Shown: positions 46,594-56,999, counted from the whole stretch's first letter. The stretch: 63,963 nucleotides of DNA, filler included, from an uncultured archaeon (GCA_964442255.1; 3 parts of 3 records of this genome joined end to end with filler, not necessarily neighbours in it); one strand, 5' to 3'. Notes: generated by a model not told the origin, from the sequence alone. Translations and numbers: made by a program.

Positions 46594-47307
46594 TCATTTT
46601 TTCCCCCTTTTTCCGGCAAACCCGCCTGCCCCGGCTTTTTCCGCTTCCACAATCAGGTTCAATGAAAGCGAGGGAAAAAAGTCTGCGAACGCCTCCGCCA
46701 GCTTCTTCAAAATTTTTGGCTCAAATTTGTCGGTTAAGCGGAGCAAATCTGCTTTCTTTGTTTTAATGGTAAAACCGTTTTCCCTCAGCTGAGAGCAAAG
46801 CAGCTGCAATGTGTAAGCGCGGATGTGGCCTCCGCCTTTATCGTAATCCAGGTTGAACGGCTTTTTTCCCGCCAGCATCCTGAACCTGTTTCCGATTGCC
46901 GCGGTATTCGGGGTGGAAACAATTAGTTTTCCGCCTTCCTTTAGCACGCGCCGGCACTCGGAAACAAATTTTCCGGTGTCAAACAGGTGCTCAATTATTT
47001 CCCCTGCAACCACCACATCAAAGAATTCATTTCGGAAGGGAATGCCTTTCTCCAGGTCGGCTTTAACGCACTTTATTCCTTTTTTTTCGGCTTTCCTTAA
47101 CTCCGGGCTTGCGTCAACTCCGTAAACCCCGAATCCCTTTGGAATGAACAGTTCCGCAAAGCTTCCGTCCAAACAGCCGGCATCCAGCAGCCTTCCCCCT
47201 CCAGCTGATTCAGCCAATTCAAACATTTTTTTGAGCCTCTCGTTTCCCTGTTTGTTTGGGTCAACTTCCCGGTATCTCGCGGACTGAAATTCAAGCCGTG
47301 AACTCAT
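46594..47307 (-). CDS. Class I SAM-dependent methyltransferase
   Basis: LDAGC-DG, FDVVVAGEIIEH. Confidence 0.9.
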   Translation of the reverse strand: MSSRLEFQSARYREVDPNKQGNERLKKMFELAESAGGGRLLDAGCLDGSFAELFIPKGFGVYGVDASPELRKAEKKGIKCVKADLEKGIPFRNEFFDVVVAGEIIEHLFDTGKFVSECRRVLKEGGKLIVSTPNTAAIGNRFRMLAGKKPFNLDYDKGGGHIRAYTLQLLCSQLRENGFTIKTKKADLLRLTDKFEPKILKKLAEAFADFFPSLSLNLIVEAEKAGAGGFAGKRGKK

Positions 47308-48452
47308 TTTTTCACCAGTTCCCCAAAAAATTCAGTGTAACGTGACGCGATTTTTTCCCATGTAAGGCTTCCAAAAACCTTTTTTTTCGCGTTTTTCTCT
47401 ATCTCTTTTCTTTTTGCGCCCCCCTCAATCAACCCGGAAACCGTTTCAGCCCATTTCCCTGAGTCAACTCCCTTTAAGGCGATTCCCGCGTTCCCTTCAA
47501 CCAAGTCCCGGTTTCCCGGGACATCGGAGACAACGCAGGCTTTTTCCATCACCATTGCCTCAAGCAGGGAAACGGGCGAGGACTCAAACAGCGAAGGCAA
47601 AAGGTAAACGTCCGAAGCCTTCAAAAGGTTGAGCCTTTCTTTTCCCTCAAGCCACCCCAAAACCCTGACGTTTTTTTGCAGCCCTTTTTTTTCAATTCTT
47701 TTCTCCAGCCTTTCCCCGAGGTTTCCCGCGCCGGCGAAAAGAAAAACGCTGTCCTGTTTTTGCACAAGCTTTTCCGCAACCTCCAGCGCAAAGAAGGGGT
47801 TTTTCTGCAGCTCAATCCTTGACATGAAAAGAGCAATCGGCTTTCCGTAAAAATCCCTTAACTCTTTTACCGCACGGGGGCTGAAGGAAATCTTTTCAGG
47901 GCTTATTCCGTTGGGAATGAACGCGGTTTTTGCCTTGAGTTTTTTTCCGCGCTTATTGAATTCTTGCTTGTTGTGAAACACCACCCCGTCGGCCTTGCGC
48001 AAAGACTTTCTTTGCGCGCGCAGGTCCAGCATTACCCCGAACTTTGTCTGCATGGGAAAAGGCAAACCCAAAGGCGAGCGCTTAAAGCCCGCAGCAAGCG
48101 GGGTGTGCTTCATTCTCCGGTAAAAGTCGTCCTGCACCATCACAGCCTTCGGCGCCTTCACTGAATCCAGATGGTAAATGCCTTCAGGCAAAGACGAGAA
48201 AATTAAGTCAAAATTCTTTCCTTTAAGTGATTCCGCGACAGCCCGGCTGTACCTGAACCTGTTGAATGCGCCTGTGGGATAGTCCGCTGTTTTCCTTGTT
48301 TCAACCTTTTCACAGCCCATTTTCCCGAAGCTTCCGGTTTCATTGAAAACCGTTAGGCTGTGCCCGTCCTTTTCCAGCTGTTCAGCCAGTTCAAAGTAGC
48401 ACGGGCTGACAACCTGCTCCTTTGATTCGCGTATAAGGTAAGCAATGTTCAT
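47304..48452 (-). CDS. GT4 glycosyltransferase
   Basis: SRIELQKN, ESSPVSLLEAM. Confidence 0.9.
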   Translation of the reverse strand: MNIAYLIRESKEQVVSPCYFELAEQLEKDGHSLTVFNETGSFGKMGCEKVETRKTADYPTGAFNRFRYSRAVAESLKGKNFDLIFSSLPEGIYHLDSVKAPKAVMVQDDFYRRMKHTPLAAGFKRSPLGLPFPMQTKFGVMLDLRAQRKSLRKADGVVFHNKQEFNKRGKKLKAKTAFIPNGISPEKISFSPRAVKELRDFYGKPIALFMSRIELQKNPFFALEVAEKLVQKQDSVFLFAGAGNLGERLEKRIEKKGLQKNVRVLGWLEGKERLNLLKASDVYLLPSLFESSPVSLLEAMVMEKACVVSDVPGNRDLVEGNAGIALKGVDSGKWAETVSGLIEGGAKRKEIEKNAKKKVFGSLTWEKIASRYTEFFGELVKK

Positions 48453-49213
48453 TTCCCTTCACCTTTTTCCGCCGTAATGCGGGCCTTTTTAGTAAAGCCT
48501 TTTTCCAAAAAGCTTTTTTCCAGCACCAGCTCGTATCCCGCGGAAATGAATTTGTGCAAAAAGTCTTTTGGCTTTGACTCCTTAACCCTGAAATGCGGCC
48601 TGAAGAAACCGCCAAAACCCACTTCCCAGGGCCAGGGCACGGAGCAATGCGTCCTGTCAGGATTGAACTGAACCCTGAATTCGCCTATCCTGAGGTTAAA
48701 AAGTTTCCTGTTAAGTGACTCAATCCTTTCCCTTTCCCAGTTCAAAAAACGGGGAAACTGGAACAGTTTCGTGGGAAGATCCACGAACAGCAGGCCGCCG
48801 TCCTTCAAACACCGCGCGGCCTGTTCCAGGCTTTTTTTCGGCTCCCGAAAATGCTCCAATGAATGCTCCATTAAAATCACGTCAAAAAATTTTTCCTTAA
48901 ACGGCCATTTTTTTGCCGCATCCAATGCAAACACATTCCTCAAACCCTTTTTTCCTGCCTCTTTCACGGCATGCGTGCTCACATCAATTCCGTAAACCTC
49001 AAACTCTTTTTCCATTGCCTTCAGGTAATGGCCGTACGCGCAGCCCACATCCAGAAATTTTCCGCCTTTCCTGTGCTTCAGAATTTTTTCCCTGACCTCC
49101 TTCAGCCTCCTGTTTCCCCCATTGCCCGGAAAAAAGTTTTCCGCATAGGAAACACGCTTTCCGTTCCTTAAGCCATAGTTCCTGAAGTACTCTTCCTCAA
49201 ACCCTTTTTTCAT
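48449..49213 (-). CDS. Class I SAM-dependent methyltransferase
   Basis: LDVGCAYG, HSLEHF; likely start MKKGFEEEYF. Confidence 0.88.
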   Translation of the reverse strand: MKKGFEEEYFRNYGLRNGKRVSYAENFFPGNGGNRRLKEVREKILKHRKGGKFLDVGCAYGHYLKAMEKEFEVYGIDVSTHAVKEAGKKGLRNVFALDAAKKWPFKEKFFDVILMEHSLEHFREPKKSLEQAARCLKDGGLLFVDLPTKLFQFPRFLNWERERIESLNRKLFNLRIGEFRVQFNPDRTHCSVPWPWEVGFGGFFRPHFRVKESKPKDFLHKFISAGYELVLEKSFLEKGFTKKARITAEKGEGK

Positions 49214-49226
49214 CCGCCAGCACCTT

Positions 49227-50387
49227 TCAAAACCTTTCCGGATTTTTTTTTTCCTCCGCAAGCGCCCTCAAAAAGGATTCAATTTTTTCCGCGTTTTTTT
49301 TCAGGTCCAGTTCCTTTACGGCTTTTTTTCTTGCAATTCTTCCAAGTTTTTCCAGTTTGCCTTCACTTAACTGCATTCCTTTCCTTAACTCAATTCCCGC
49401 TTCGCCTGCCTGCTGTTTCGGGCCGGCCATGTCAGGAACAATCACCGGCCTTCCGCTTGCAAGGCACTCTGAAATCTTCATCATGTAGGACGCGTCACCC
49501 AAGGGATAGCCAAACCTTTTCAGGTAAGCGCCTGCGTCGCATGCGTTAATTAATTCAATGTACTGCCTTAACGGAAGAAAGCCGAAAAACTTTGTTCTCT
49601 CCAGAAAACCTTTCCTTGCAAGAAATTTTCTTGTTCGGTTATCCGCATTTCCTGTGACAGCGACATTAAACTCATCCGGCAGGCATTCAAACAATTCCAG
49701 CAGTTCCCTTTTCCCTGAATAAGGGGAAGAATACAAAACAGTCGCCTCATTTAGCCCGAATTTTTTCCTCAGCTTTTCCCTGTTTTGCGCCGGGAAAAAA
49801 AGCGAGGTGTCAACAGGCGAAGGCCAGGTTGTTGCCTCCCCTCCAATGCCCTCGTTCCTTAAAATTTTTATTTGCGCGTCGCTTAACGCGATTATTCCGC
49901 CGGCCTTTTTCAGCAGCTCCAAATGCGCTTCCCTTGTGTTTCCCATGAAAAAGGAGGGAAAAGAATTTTTTTCGGTTATTCCGTCCAGAAGGGATATATA
50001 GGGAATTCCGTTGTAACTGGCCTTTTCAAGCACTTTTTCTTCAAAGGGTTCCCTGCTCTTTTTCCACAGGGCCGGCAGCTTGTCCCAGAGGCTGCCGGAA
50101 GGAAAGTGCAGGAAAAGCTTGGAAACCAGGCAGTCAAACCTTTTCTTCCTTAATGCGGATTCAACTGCCTCAAGCGCAAGCCTGTCCGCATAACGCCTGC
50201 TGCGGGCATTTGAATATATGCTGAATTTCCAGGGGGAAACTACTTCCACTCCCTGCGCTTTCCCGTGCGCAACCGCGCTCACCTCGTTTCCAAGTTGTGC
50301 GAGGGCTTCAACAAGCCTTTTTCCGTTTACTGAGTCCCCCTGCAGGCGGTCAAAATTTATTCTTTCCATTGCAAACAGGCAGTTCAT
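49227..50387 (-). CDS. GT4-like glycosyltransferase
   Basis: MKISECLASGRPV. Confidence 0.75.
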   Translation of the reverse strand: MNCLFAMERINFDRLQGDSVNGKRLVEALAQLGNEVSAVAHGKAQGVEVVSPWKFSIYSNARSRRYADRLALEAVESALRKKRFDCLVSKLFLHFPSGSLWDKLPALWKKSREPFEEKVLEKASYNGIPYISLLDGITEKNSFPSFFMGNTREAHLELLKKAGGIIALSDAQIKILRNEGIGGEATTWPSPVDTSLFFPAQNREKLRKKFGLNEATVLYSSPYSGKRELLELFECLPDEFNVAVTGNADNRTRKFLARKGFLERTKFFGFLPLRQYIELINACDAGAYLKRFGYPLGDASYMMKISECLASGRPVIVPDMAGPKQQAGEAGIELRKGMQLSEGKLEKLGRIARKKAVKELDLKKNAEKIESFLRALAEEKKNPERF

Positions 50388-51613
50388 TTTTTGGGCTCCG
50401 CAAGGCTTTTTTCACTTAATCCAAAGCCTTTTTCCTTTTCATCTTTTCCTTCTTCCTTTATCCGTGCGCCGGCTCCCGGCTCTTCAAGTTCCTTTTCAAT
50501 TAATGCAAAGCTTTTGCCCAATTCAAACTTTTCCTCAACCCTTTGCCTTCCGTTTAACGCGAATTCTTTTCTTTTCCTTTCGTTTTCCGCTAATTCCGTG
50601 GCTTTTTCCGCCAAAGCCTTCACGTTTCCTTTCTGCAAAAGCCAGCCGGTTTCGCCGTGCGAGACAACCTCGTTCACTCCCAGAACATTCAACGCAATTG
50701 GCGGAGTGAAGGAAGCCATTGCCTCCGCCAAAACCAGGCCAAACGCTTCCTCGGTTGAAGGAAAAATGAAGAGCGAGGATTCCCTGAACTCTTTCAGCAG
50801 CTCTTCCCTTTCCAGCCGGCCCAGGAATTCCACGTTTTTTCCTGAACGCAAAAAGAGTTTTCCTTCCCCCGCGCCCGCAATCCTCAGAGTCCAATCAGGC
50901 AGCTTTTTCTCAAGCAGGTCCGCGAACACGCTTAATTCGCTTAAGCCCTTTTCTTTTTGCATCCTGCCCACGAAAAGCATTTGGTTCTTTTTTTCCGGAA
51001 ACTGTTTTGGGTGCTCTTCAAGGTTCACGAAATTCGGGATCACCCTGACTTTTTCTTCCATGACGCCAGCACCTTCAATAATCTTTTTCTTTATTCCCTG
51101 TGAAGGGCAAAAAACCAAATCCGCTTTTTTCACGGACTGAATGGAAAGCCTGCTGTTCAGGAAATCCCTTTCCCTTATCCAGGGGAGGTGGTTGAATTCA
51201 TGGTAAACAAGCGGAATTTTTTTGATTTTTGCGAGGGCATAAGCCGCGGGCAAAAGCGAGCATCCGGTCAGGTAAATTAAGTCAAATTTTTTCCTTAACG
51301 AGTTCAGGAAAACAAAAGCATTGAAGTTCACTCCGGAAGTTTTTTGCGAGGGATAGCGTTTTATTTCAAGGTTTTCTGTTTCATGCCTTGGGCCTTTAAC
51401 AGAATAGTAAACAACCTTGTTTCCCTTTTCGTGTTTGCGGAGAACTTTTTGCCCGTCCCCTTCCACTTTAACAGAATAGTAAACAACCTTGTTTCCCTTT
51501 TCCGCGAATTTTTTCGCGAGCTCGAATGAAAGCCATTCAAGTGCCCCGCCTTTTTGCGCGGGCACTCCGGTGAATTGGGTGCCTATCATGCAGATTCTTT
51601 TTCCGGGAGCCAT
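50384..51613 (-). CDS. GT4 glycosyltransferase with in-frame 72-bp internal duplication
   Basis: EAFGLVLAEAM; EKGNKVVYYSVK twice (51394-51430, 51466-51502). Confidence 0.9.
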   Translation of the reverse strand: MAPGKRICMIGTQFTGVPAQKGGALEWLSFELAKKFAEKGNKVVYYSVKVEGDGQKVLRKHEKGNKVVYYSVKGPRHETENLEIKRYPSQKTSGVNFNAFVFLNSLRKKFDLIYLTGCSLLPAAYALAKIKKIPLVYHEFNHLPWIRERDFLNSRLSIQSVKKADLVFCPSQGIKKKIIEGAGVMEEKVRVIPNFVNLEEHPKQFPEKKNQMLFVGRMQKEKGLSELSVFADLLEKKLPDWTLRIAGAGEGKLFLRSGKNVEFLGRLEREELLKEFRESSLFIFPSTEEAFGLVLAEAMASFTPPIALNVLGVNEVVSHGETGWLLQKGNVKALAEKATELAENERKRKEFALNGRQRVEEKFELGKSFALIEKELEEPGAGARIKEEGKDEKEKGFGLSEKSLAEPKK

Positions 51614-51672
51614 GTATTAATGAAAATGCTTAACCTAATTTAAAAGGATTTTCACGGGTATTTTGGAATGGA

Positions 51673-52431
51673 ATGGACTTTTTGCAGGCAGTTGTTTTGG
51701 GGGTTTTGCAGGGCGTGTTTGAATGGCTTCCCGTCAGCAGCCAGGGGCAGACAATCGGAATCGCTGTAGGGTTTTTTGGAATCAGTTCAGCTGAAGCATT
51801 AAAGCACGCGGTTTTCCTGCATGCGGGAACTCTGCTTGCGGCAGCAATTTATTTCAGGAAAGAAATCATCCAAATAATCAGCGGGCAGCTCTCAGAAACC
51901 CGGAACTTTATTTTCGTCGCGGTCCCTGCCACAGCCGTTACGGCCCTTCCAAGCTACCTGCTTTTGAAAAGCTTTTTGTTCAGCTCTTTTGCCCTCCTTG
52001 TTTTAATTGGCTTGCTTCTTCTTTTCACAGGCTTCATTCAAAGAATTAAGCCCAAAGGAATCAATGGGGAGTTAAACAGGAAGAATTCAGTTCTCCTCGG
52101 CCTTGCGCAGGGCTTTTCAGTCCTTCCCGGGGTCAGCAGGAGCGGAATCACTTCCTCCGCTCTCCTGTTAAGGGGCTTTTCTCCTGAAAAGGCGTTTCGC
52201 TTGAGTTTTTTGTTAAGCATTCCCTCGGTTTTTCTCGCCGAAATTTCTTTCGGCTTTTTGGAGGGCTTTTCTTTTGAATTCAATTCGCTTGTTGCGCTGG
52301 CATTTGCGTTTGCGTTTGGGCTGCTTTCCATTGACTTGCTTTTGAAGGCCGCAAAGAGAATCAGTTTCTCAAAGTTCTGTTACGCGTTTGGCTTAATTTA
52401 TTTGGGGATTGCGGTTGCAAGTGTTCTCTGA
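51673..52431 (+). CDS. uppP: Undecaprenyl-diphosphate phosphatase (BacA family)
   Basis: QGVFEWLPVSS, LPGVSRSG, SFLLSIP. Confidence 0.92.
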   Translation: MDFLQAVVLGVLQGVFEWLPVSSQGQTIGIAVGFFGISSAEALKHAVFLHAGTLLAAAIYFRKEIIQIISGQLSETRNFIFVAVPATAVTALPSYLLLKSFLFSSFALLVLIGLLLLFTGFIQRIKPKGINGELNRKNSVLLGLAQGFSVLPGVSRSGITSSALLLRGFSPEKAFRLSFLLSIPSVFLAEISFGFLEGFSFEFNSLVALAFAFAFGLLSIDLLLKAAKRISFSKFCYAFGLIYLGIAVASVL

Positions 52432-52572
52432 AATCAGACAAGCATTTTTTTCGATGTCTTTCCCGCCTTCAACCCTGTGCCCTCCTCCAGTTGCGAAGGA
52501 ACCTAGTGAAAAAAAGTTTAAGAAAACTAAAAGAAAAACCAAACCCGCAAAGGTTTTATTTTCCCGTTTCAT

Positions 52573-54393
52573 TCACCCCACCAGAAAGCTCCACCACGGC
52601 TTTTCAATTCTTTTCACTCCCCCTGTCTGCGCGTTCACTTCCGCCTTGATTTCCATTTGAAGCGGAAACACCCAAAGGAAAACCGCATTCTTTACCGCGC
52701 TTATCTCGTAAACCGGTTTTTCTTCCAGGACTTTTAATCTAATGTTTTTTTCTTCCACCGCCCCAAAGACTTTTTCAACTGCATTCATTGCAGTGTTTGG
52801 AAGGAGGCCGACTGGCTTATTTTTTACTTTAAAGCCTTCTTCATCTATCAGGATTTCATCGCTCACTTCAGCCCTTTTTCCTTTGCTGTCCTCAAGTTCA
52901 ATGGATTCAGCGCTTTTTTTTGAAATCTTTATTTTCTCCTTTCCCCCTCCCAAAGGCAACTCGACTTCAATCGGCTTAACTGCAGCCGGAGCGGCTTCCT
53001 CACCGCCTTCTTTTTCCCCCGCAGCAGGGTTCACTGCAATGCTTGTAACCGCCGCGCACTCCATTCCCCCGCCGCTTGCCTCAGTGCACATTTTAAAGGA
53101 AAAATTTTCCCTCCTTTGGGGGGCCCCGTTTTCGGGAACAGGCTGTTCTTCGCCTGAAGCAATCGCAGCAAAGGCTTCCGCAAACTTGCCGACCGGCGCG
53201 TTTCCCGCAATCCTGTAATCGTTTACGAAAAAAGTCGGAGTCCCTGCAATGAGCTGCAACTCAAAGACTTTATCGCGGCCGGCTTTCAGCGCCTCCAAAT
53301 GGTTTCCTGAATCCAGGCATAAAGCAAACCGCGTTGAATCCAACCCAAGTTCTTCCGCAAAACTTTTCGCCAATGCGGAGCCAATTGCCTGCCCTGAAGC
53401 AAAAAGCTTTTCCTGCATTTCAGGGAATTTTTCCTGTTGTTTCGCGCACTCCGCAGCCTGTGCCGCAAGGTAATCGCTTTCCGTTTCCTTTAAAGGGAAG
53501 AACACAAACATGTACTCGAATAAGTCGCCGTATTCCTGCATTAATTCATTGAAAGTGGTTGAATGAAATTTTTTGCAGAAAACGTCCCCGTAACTGCAGT
53601 ACTCTGTAACGGTTATGTGTTTTGCGCTTGCAATAACTTTTTTCCTTACCTCTTCAACAGGCAAAGGCTTGCCCCCGCCTCCTGCAGCCACGCCGCTTCC
53701 GCCCCAGCCAACTCCGCTAATGGCGGGCTTTCCAGCCGGAAGCAATACGCTCACCTTCCCGCCCCACGCTTTACTTACAGAAGCCACGAACCCCCCGCCT
53801 GAAGCTTTCCCCTGCTGCTCTGAACCTTCCGTTCCGCTTTCAACGGAAGTGAATCCAGTTGAATTTTCCCCTCCGGACACCTTAACTTCCCCGACAGCCG
53901 CAGTTGAAGTGATTTTTCTTTCAACAATGAAATCAAATTCGTAAAGGTTTTCCTCCACTGTCTTTGTGCGGGCTTCATCGCAGTTGTTTTTAACCAGCTT
54001 GTGCAATACCCGGAAAGAGTAGCCCTGCCCTTTGAGTGCGCCGACGTTAAACCGCAGTGTTTCAGTGTAAGGCGCCCTGTACTCCGCTGTTGTTGCACAG
54101 TGTTTTCCTGTGCCAATTGACTCAATTTCCGCCTGAATCATGTTTCCGTTTACAGCCGCTTCACTTGTTTTCTTCAGGCCCCTGGAAAAAAGCCGTGAAC
54201 TGATTTCAAAAACAACGGTCACCTCTTTTCCTTCAACCGGGCTGGCTGGCTCAAGGCGAAAGCTGTAAAGTGGTTCCTTTTCAACCGCTCCGCCTCCTCC
54301 TTCCCCAATTACTTCAATTGATTCAGCGGCAGCCGAATTCAGAAAAAGAACAAGTGCAGCGCCAAAAAAAAACAGTTTTGCCCCTTTCACCAA
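52573..54393 (-). CDS. Secreted protein with DsbA/thioredoxin-like domain
   Basis: Signal peptide; AAQAAECA, GTPTFFVN; C-terminal KPWWSFL domain. Confidence 0.75.
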   Translation of the reverse strand: MVKGAKLFFFGAALVLFLNSAAAESIEVIGEGGGGAVEKEPLYSFRLEPASPVEGKEVTVVFEISSRLFSRGLKKTSEAAVNGNMIQAEIESIGTGKHCATTAEYRAPYTETLRFNVGALKGQGYSFRVLHKLVKNNCDEARTKTVEENLYEFDFIVERKITSTAAVGEVKVSGGENSTGFTSVESGTEGSEQQGKASGGGFVASVSKAWGGKVSVLLPAGKPAISGVGWGGSGVAAGGGGKPLPVEEVRKKVIASAKHITVTEYCSYGDVFCKKFHSTTFNELMQEYGDLFEYMFVFFPLKETESDYLAAQAAECAKQQEKFPEMQEKLFASGQAIGSALAKSFAEELGLDSTRFALCLDSGNHLEALKAGRDKVFELQLIAGTPTFFVNDYRIAGNAPVGKFAEAFAAIASGEEQPVPENGAPQRRENFSFKMCTEASGGGMECAAVTSIAVNPAAGEKEGGEEAAPAAVKPIEVELPLGGGKEKIKISKKSAESIELEDSKGKRAEVSDEILIDEEGFKVKNKPVGLLPNTAMNAVEKVFGAVEEKNIRLKVLEEKPVYEISAVKNAVFLWVFPLQMEIKAEVNAQTGGVKRIEKPWWSFLVG

Positions 54394-54470
54394 AACCAGC
54401 TCCCCTTAAAATCCCATGGCAGTAAACAGCTTTTACTGCGCGCACGCCCCCATATTATTGCCCCTGAAAC

Positions 54471-54679
54471 CTATTAATATGCGTTGGTTTAATTGGATTC
54501 CTGACATCTATTAATATGCGTTGGTTTAATTGGATTCCTGACATCTATTAATATGCGTTGGTNNNNNNNNNNNNNNNNNNNNNNNNNNNNNNNNNNNNNN
54601 NNNNNNNNNNNNNNNNNNNNNNNNNNNNNNNNNNNNNNNNNNNNNNNNNNNNNNNNNNNNNNTTAATTGGATTCCCAAC
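54471..54679 (+). repeat. 37-bp tandem repeat spanning a scaffold gap
   Basis: CTATTAATATGCGTTGGTTTAATTGGATTCCTGACAT at 54471, 54508 and 54545 (partial), resuming after the Ns. Confidence 0.8.
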
Positions 54680-55167
54680 ATGGAAAGCATTTAAGTGTTT
54701 CTGTTCGCTGAAAAGCGAAACTCACACGATGCCGGTCTTTATTGGCAACACCGGTTTTTGCCAATGCCCCGGAAAAGGCTTCCTGAACAGTGAACAGTTT
54801 CCCGAACAGGAAACAAGCCAATCAGGAATACCACGCATATTCTGAATTTTTCGGCTAATGCTGAAAGCGCGCAGCCGCCCCCAAAAGCCCCAAAATTATC
54901 TCCGGATACAACCCGAAAAATTTGCACATTATTACTGGTTGGGCCCCGAAAAATTTTGTCCCTTTCAACGGCCAAAGACTCTGAAAATATGTCCGTTGTG
55001 ATAACCATGCGCAAAAACAGGAAAAGACAAGCAAGACATTCAAGAACTGTTAAAACTGGAAATCAACGAAAAAAAATTGAATGAATTGCTTGAAAAAACA
55101 GGATTCAAAAAAACTCTTCAGCGAAACAATAAAAGAACCTGAAAACAATTAAACTGCCTTCACCTTA

Positions 55168-55284
55168 ATTAAAGGCTTTGGCTTCACAGGCTTTTCCCCG
55201 GGCTCAAACACGACACTCAAATTGTCTATAACCAGTTTTCCCGCGCTTTCAGAGTAAGCCTGAACCGGAATTTCACAGGTTTGC
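55168..55284. repeat. 117-bp exact direct repeat (copy 2 at 56883-56999) encoding a gene 3' end on the minus strand
   Basis: Identical sequence; translates QTCEIPVQAYSESAGKLVIDNLSVVFEPGEKPVKPKPL. Confidence 0.9.
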
Positions 55285-55379
55285 CCAACATAACCGCATT
55301 CCGGGCAATCGCAGTGATAAGACAAGTCATCACGTGGAGAACAACAGGCCTATTGGGATAGGCTCTTAAGAAATACTTA

Positions 55380-55432
55380 AACTTACTTTAAGATTACTTT
55401 AAATACCGTTTTATTTAAATTTAAAGTAAGTT
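55380..55432. promoter_or_regulatory. 12-bp inverted repeat around the TATA region of the AlbA-domain gene
   Basis: AACTTACTTTAA ... TTAAAGTAAGTT. Confidence 0.5.
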
Positions 55433-55438
55433 GGTTGC

Positions 55439-56815
55439 ATGGATATTGAAAACCTGAAACGAATAATTGCCGAAGGTGAAAACGCAGAGATTGAGTTAAA
55501 ACAGTCTTTTCACGGCATCCAAGAGATTGCAAAGATAATCTCTGCTTTCGCCAACACGCAAGGCGGCCTAGTGGTTTTGGGAGTCAGCGACAAAGGCACA
55601 ATAGAAGGAATAAAAGAGAACCCTGACTTAATACAACAAAAAATCGCAAACTCCAACGCAACAATCCACCCTTCACCAACAATAAATGTGGACATCCATG
55701 CAATTGACAAGAAAAAAGTCGTCGTAATTGCAGTCCACAAAGCAGATTCCACGGTTTTCCACTCAGTAGAAGGAGTTATTCATGTACGGATAGGCAGCAC
55801 CATCCAAAAGCTTGAAGGCCAAAGCATTTTAGAGTTTTTAAGAAACCGCCAAATTCTGCTATTTGAAGAATCAATAGAACCCACGGCAAAAACAAAGGAC
55901 ATTGATGCCGCAAAAGTAACAGAATACCTCAAAAAAAGAAGCCAGCAAGACTACTTAAACAACCACTCGTTAAAAGATTTTCTTGCAAGCAAAAAACTGG
56001 CTTCATTCCAGCCAGACTTAAAAATCAAGAGCGCAGCAATATTATTCTTTGCCAAAGACCCACAACAATTCTACCCCCACACCCAAATAAAACTCGTTCG
56101 CTTTGACGGCAACCAACCAATAAAAGTACTCGCATATGAAGACGCAAAAGGCAATTTGCCACAAATAATAGAACACACGATGAACTTTGCAGGAAGATTC
56201 ACTCCAAAAGAATTCGTAATAACTGGCACAAAAAGAACAGAAATACCTGCACTACCCGAAGAAGCCGTCAGGGAAGCCATAATAAACGCAGTTGCACACA
56301 GAGACTACTTCAACAAAAACGAAACACAACTAAGCATTTTCGACGACCGCCTGGAAATAACCAACCCAGGAGGCCTGCCAGAAGGAATGACCAAAGAACT
56401 TTTAGGGATGCTTTCAATACAAAGAAACCCAGTCATTTACCAACTCCTGAAAGACCACGGCTACATGGAAGGAATTGGCTCAGGAATCTCAAAAATCATC
56501 AGAACAATGAAAGAAAAAAACCTCAAAGAACCAACATTCCTGATTTCAAAAGAATTTTTCAGAATAATTTTTGAAATGGCAACAAAAAAAACAATTGAAA
56601 AACCCGCACTCAACAAAAGACAAGCTAAAGCACTGAAACACATTAAATCACGCAAAAAAATAAGTTCCAAAGAATACGCCAAAATAAACAAAATATCAAT
56701 TCCAACAGCAATCAAAGACCTCCATGAACTAGAAAAGAAAAAAATGCTTAAAAAAATTGGAAAATACCGCGGAGCATACTACACAACAAACGAAACAACA
56801 AAACAACCCAGTTAA
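55439..56815 (+). CDS. AlbA_2 (Schlafen-like) plus HATPase_c_4 plus HTH protein
   Basis: IELK, SAFANTQGG-LGVSD, REAIINAVAHRDY, ITNPGGL, EGIGSGI. Confidence 0.9.
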   Translation: MDIENLKRIIAEGENAEIELKQSFHGIQEIAKIISAFANTQGGLVVLGVSDKGTIEGIKENPDLIQQKIANSNATIHPSPTINVDIHAIDKKKVVVIAVHKADSTVFHSVEGVIHVRIGSTIQKLEGQSILEFLRNRQILLFEESIEPTAKTKDIDAAKVTEYLKKRSQQDYLNNHSLKDFLASKKLASFQPDLKIKSAAILFFAKDPQQFYPHTQIKLVRFDGNQPIKVLAYEDAKGNLPQIIEHTMNFAGRFTPKEFVITGTKRTEIPALPEEAVREAIINAVAHRDYFNKNETQLSIFDDRLEITNPGGLPEGMTKELLGMLSIQRNPVIYQLLKDHGYMEGIGSGISKIIRTMKEKNLKEPTFLISKEFFRIIFEMATKKTIEKPALNKRQAKALKHIKSRKKISSKEYAKINKISIPTAIKDLHELEKKKMLKKIGKYRGAYYTTNETTKQPS

Positions 56816-56999
56816 CTAAAAAAATGGCGGCAAAAAAAAAGGCTATCCCGCAAAAACCCTTTTTCAACCCAAAACAGGCTTCATTAAAGGCTTTGGCTTC
56901 ACAGGCTTTTCCCCGGGCTCAAACACGACACTCAAATTGTCTATAACCAGTTTTCCCGCGCTTTCAGAGTAAGCCTGAACCGGAATTTCACAGGTTTGC

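Noticed and set aside
54471..54679. CRISPR array (37-bp repeats)
   Set aside because: Units are head-to-tail with no spacers, and there are no cas genes in the window.
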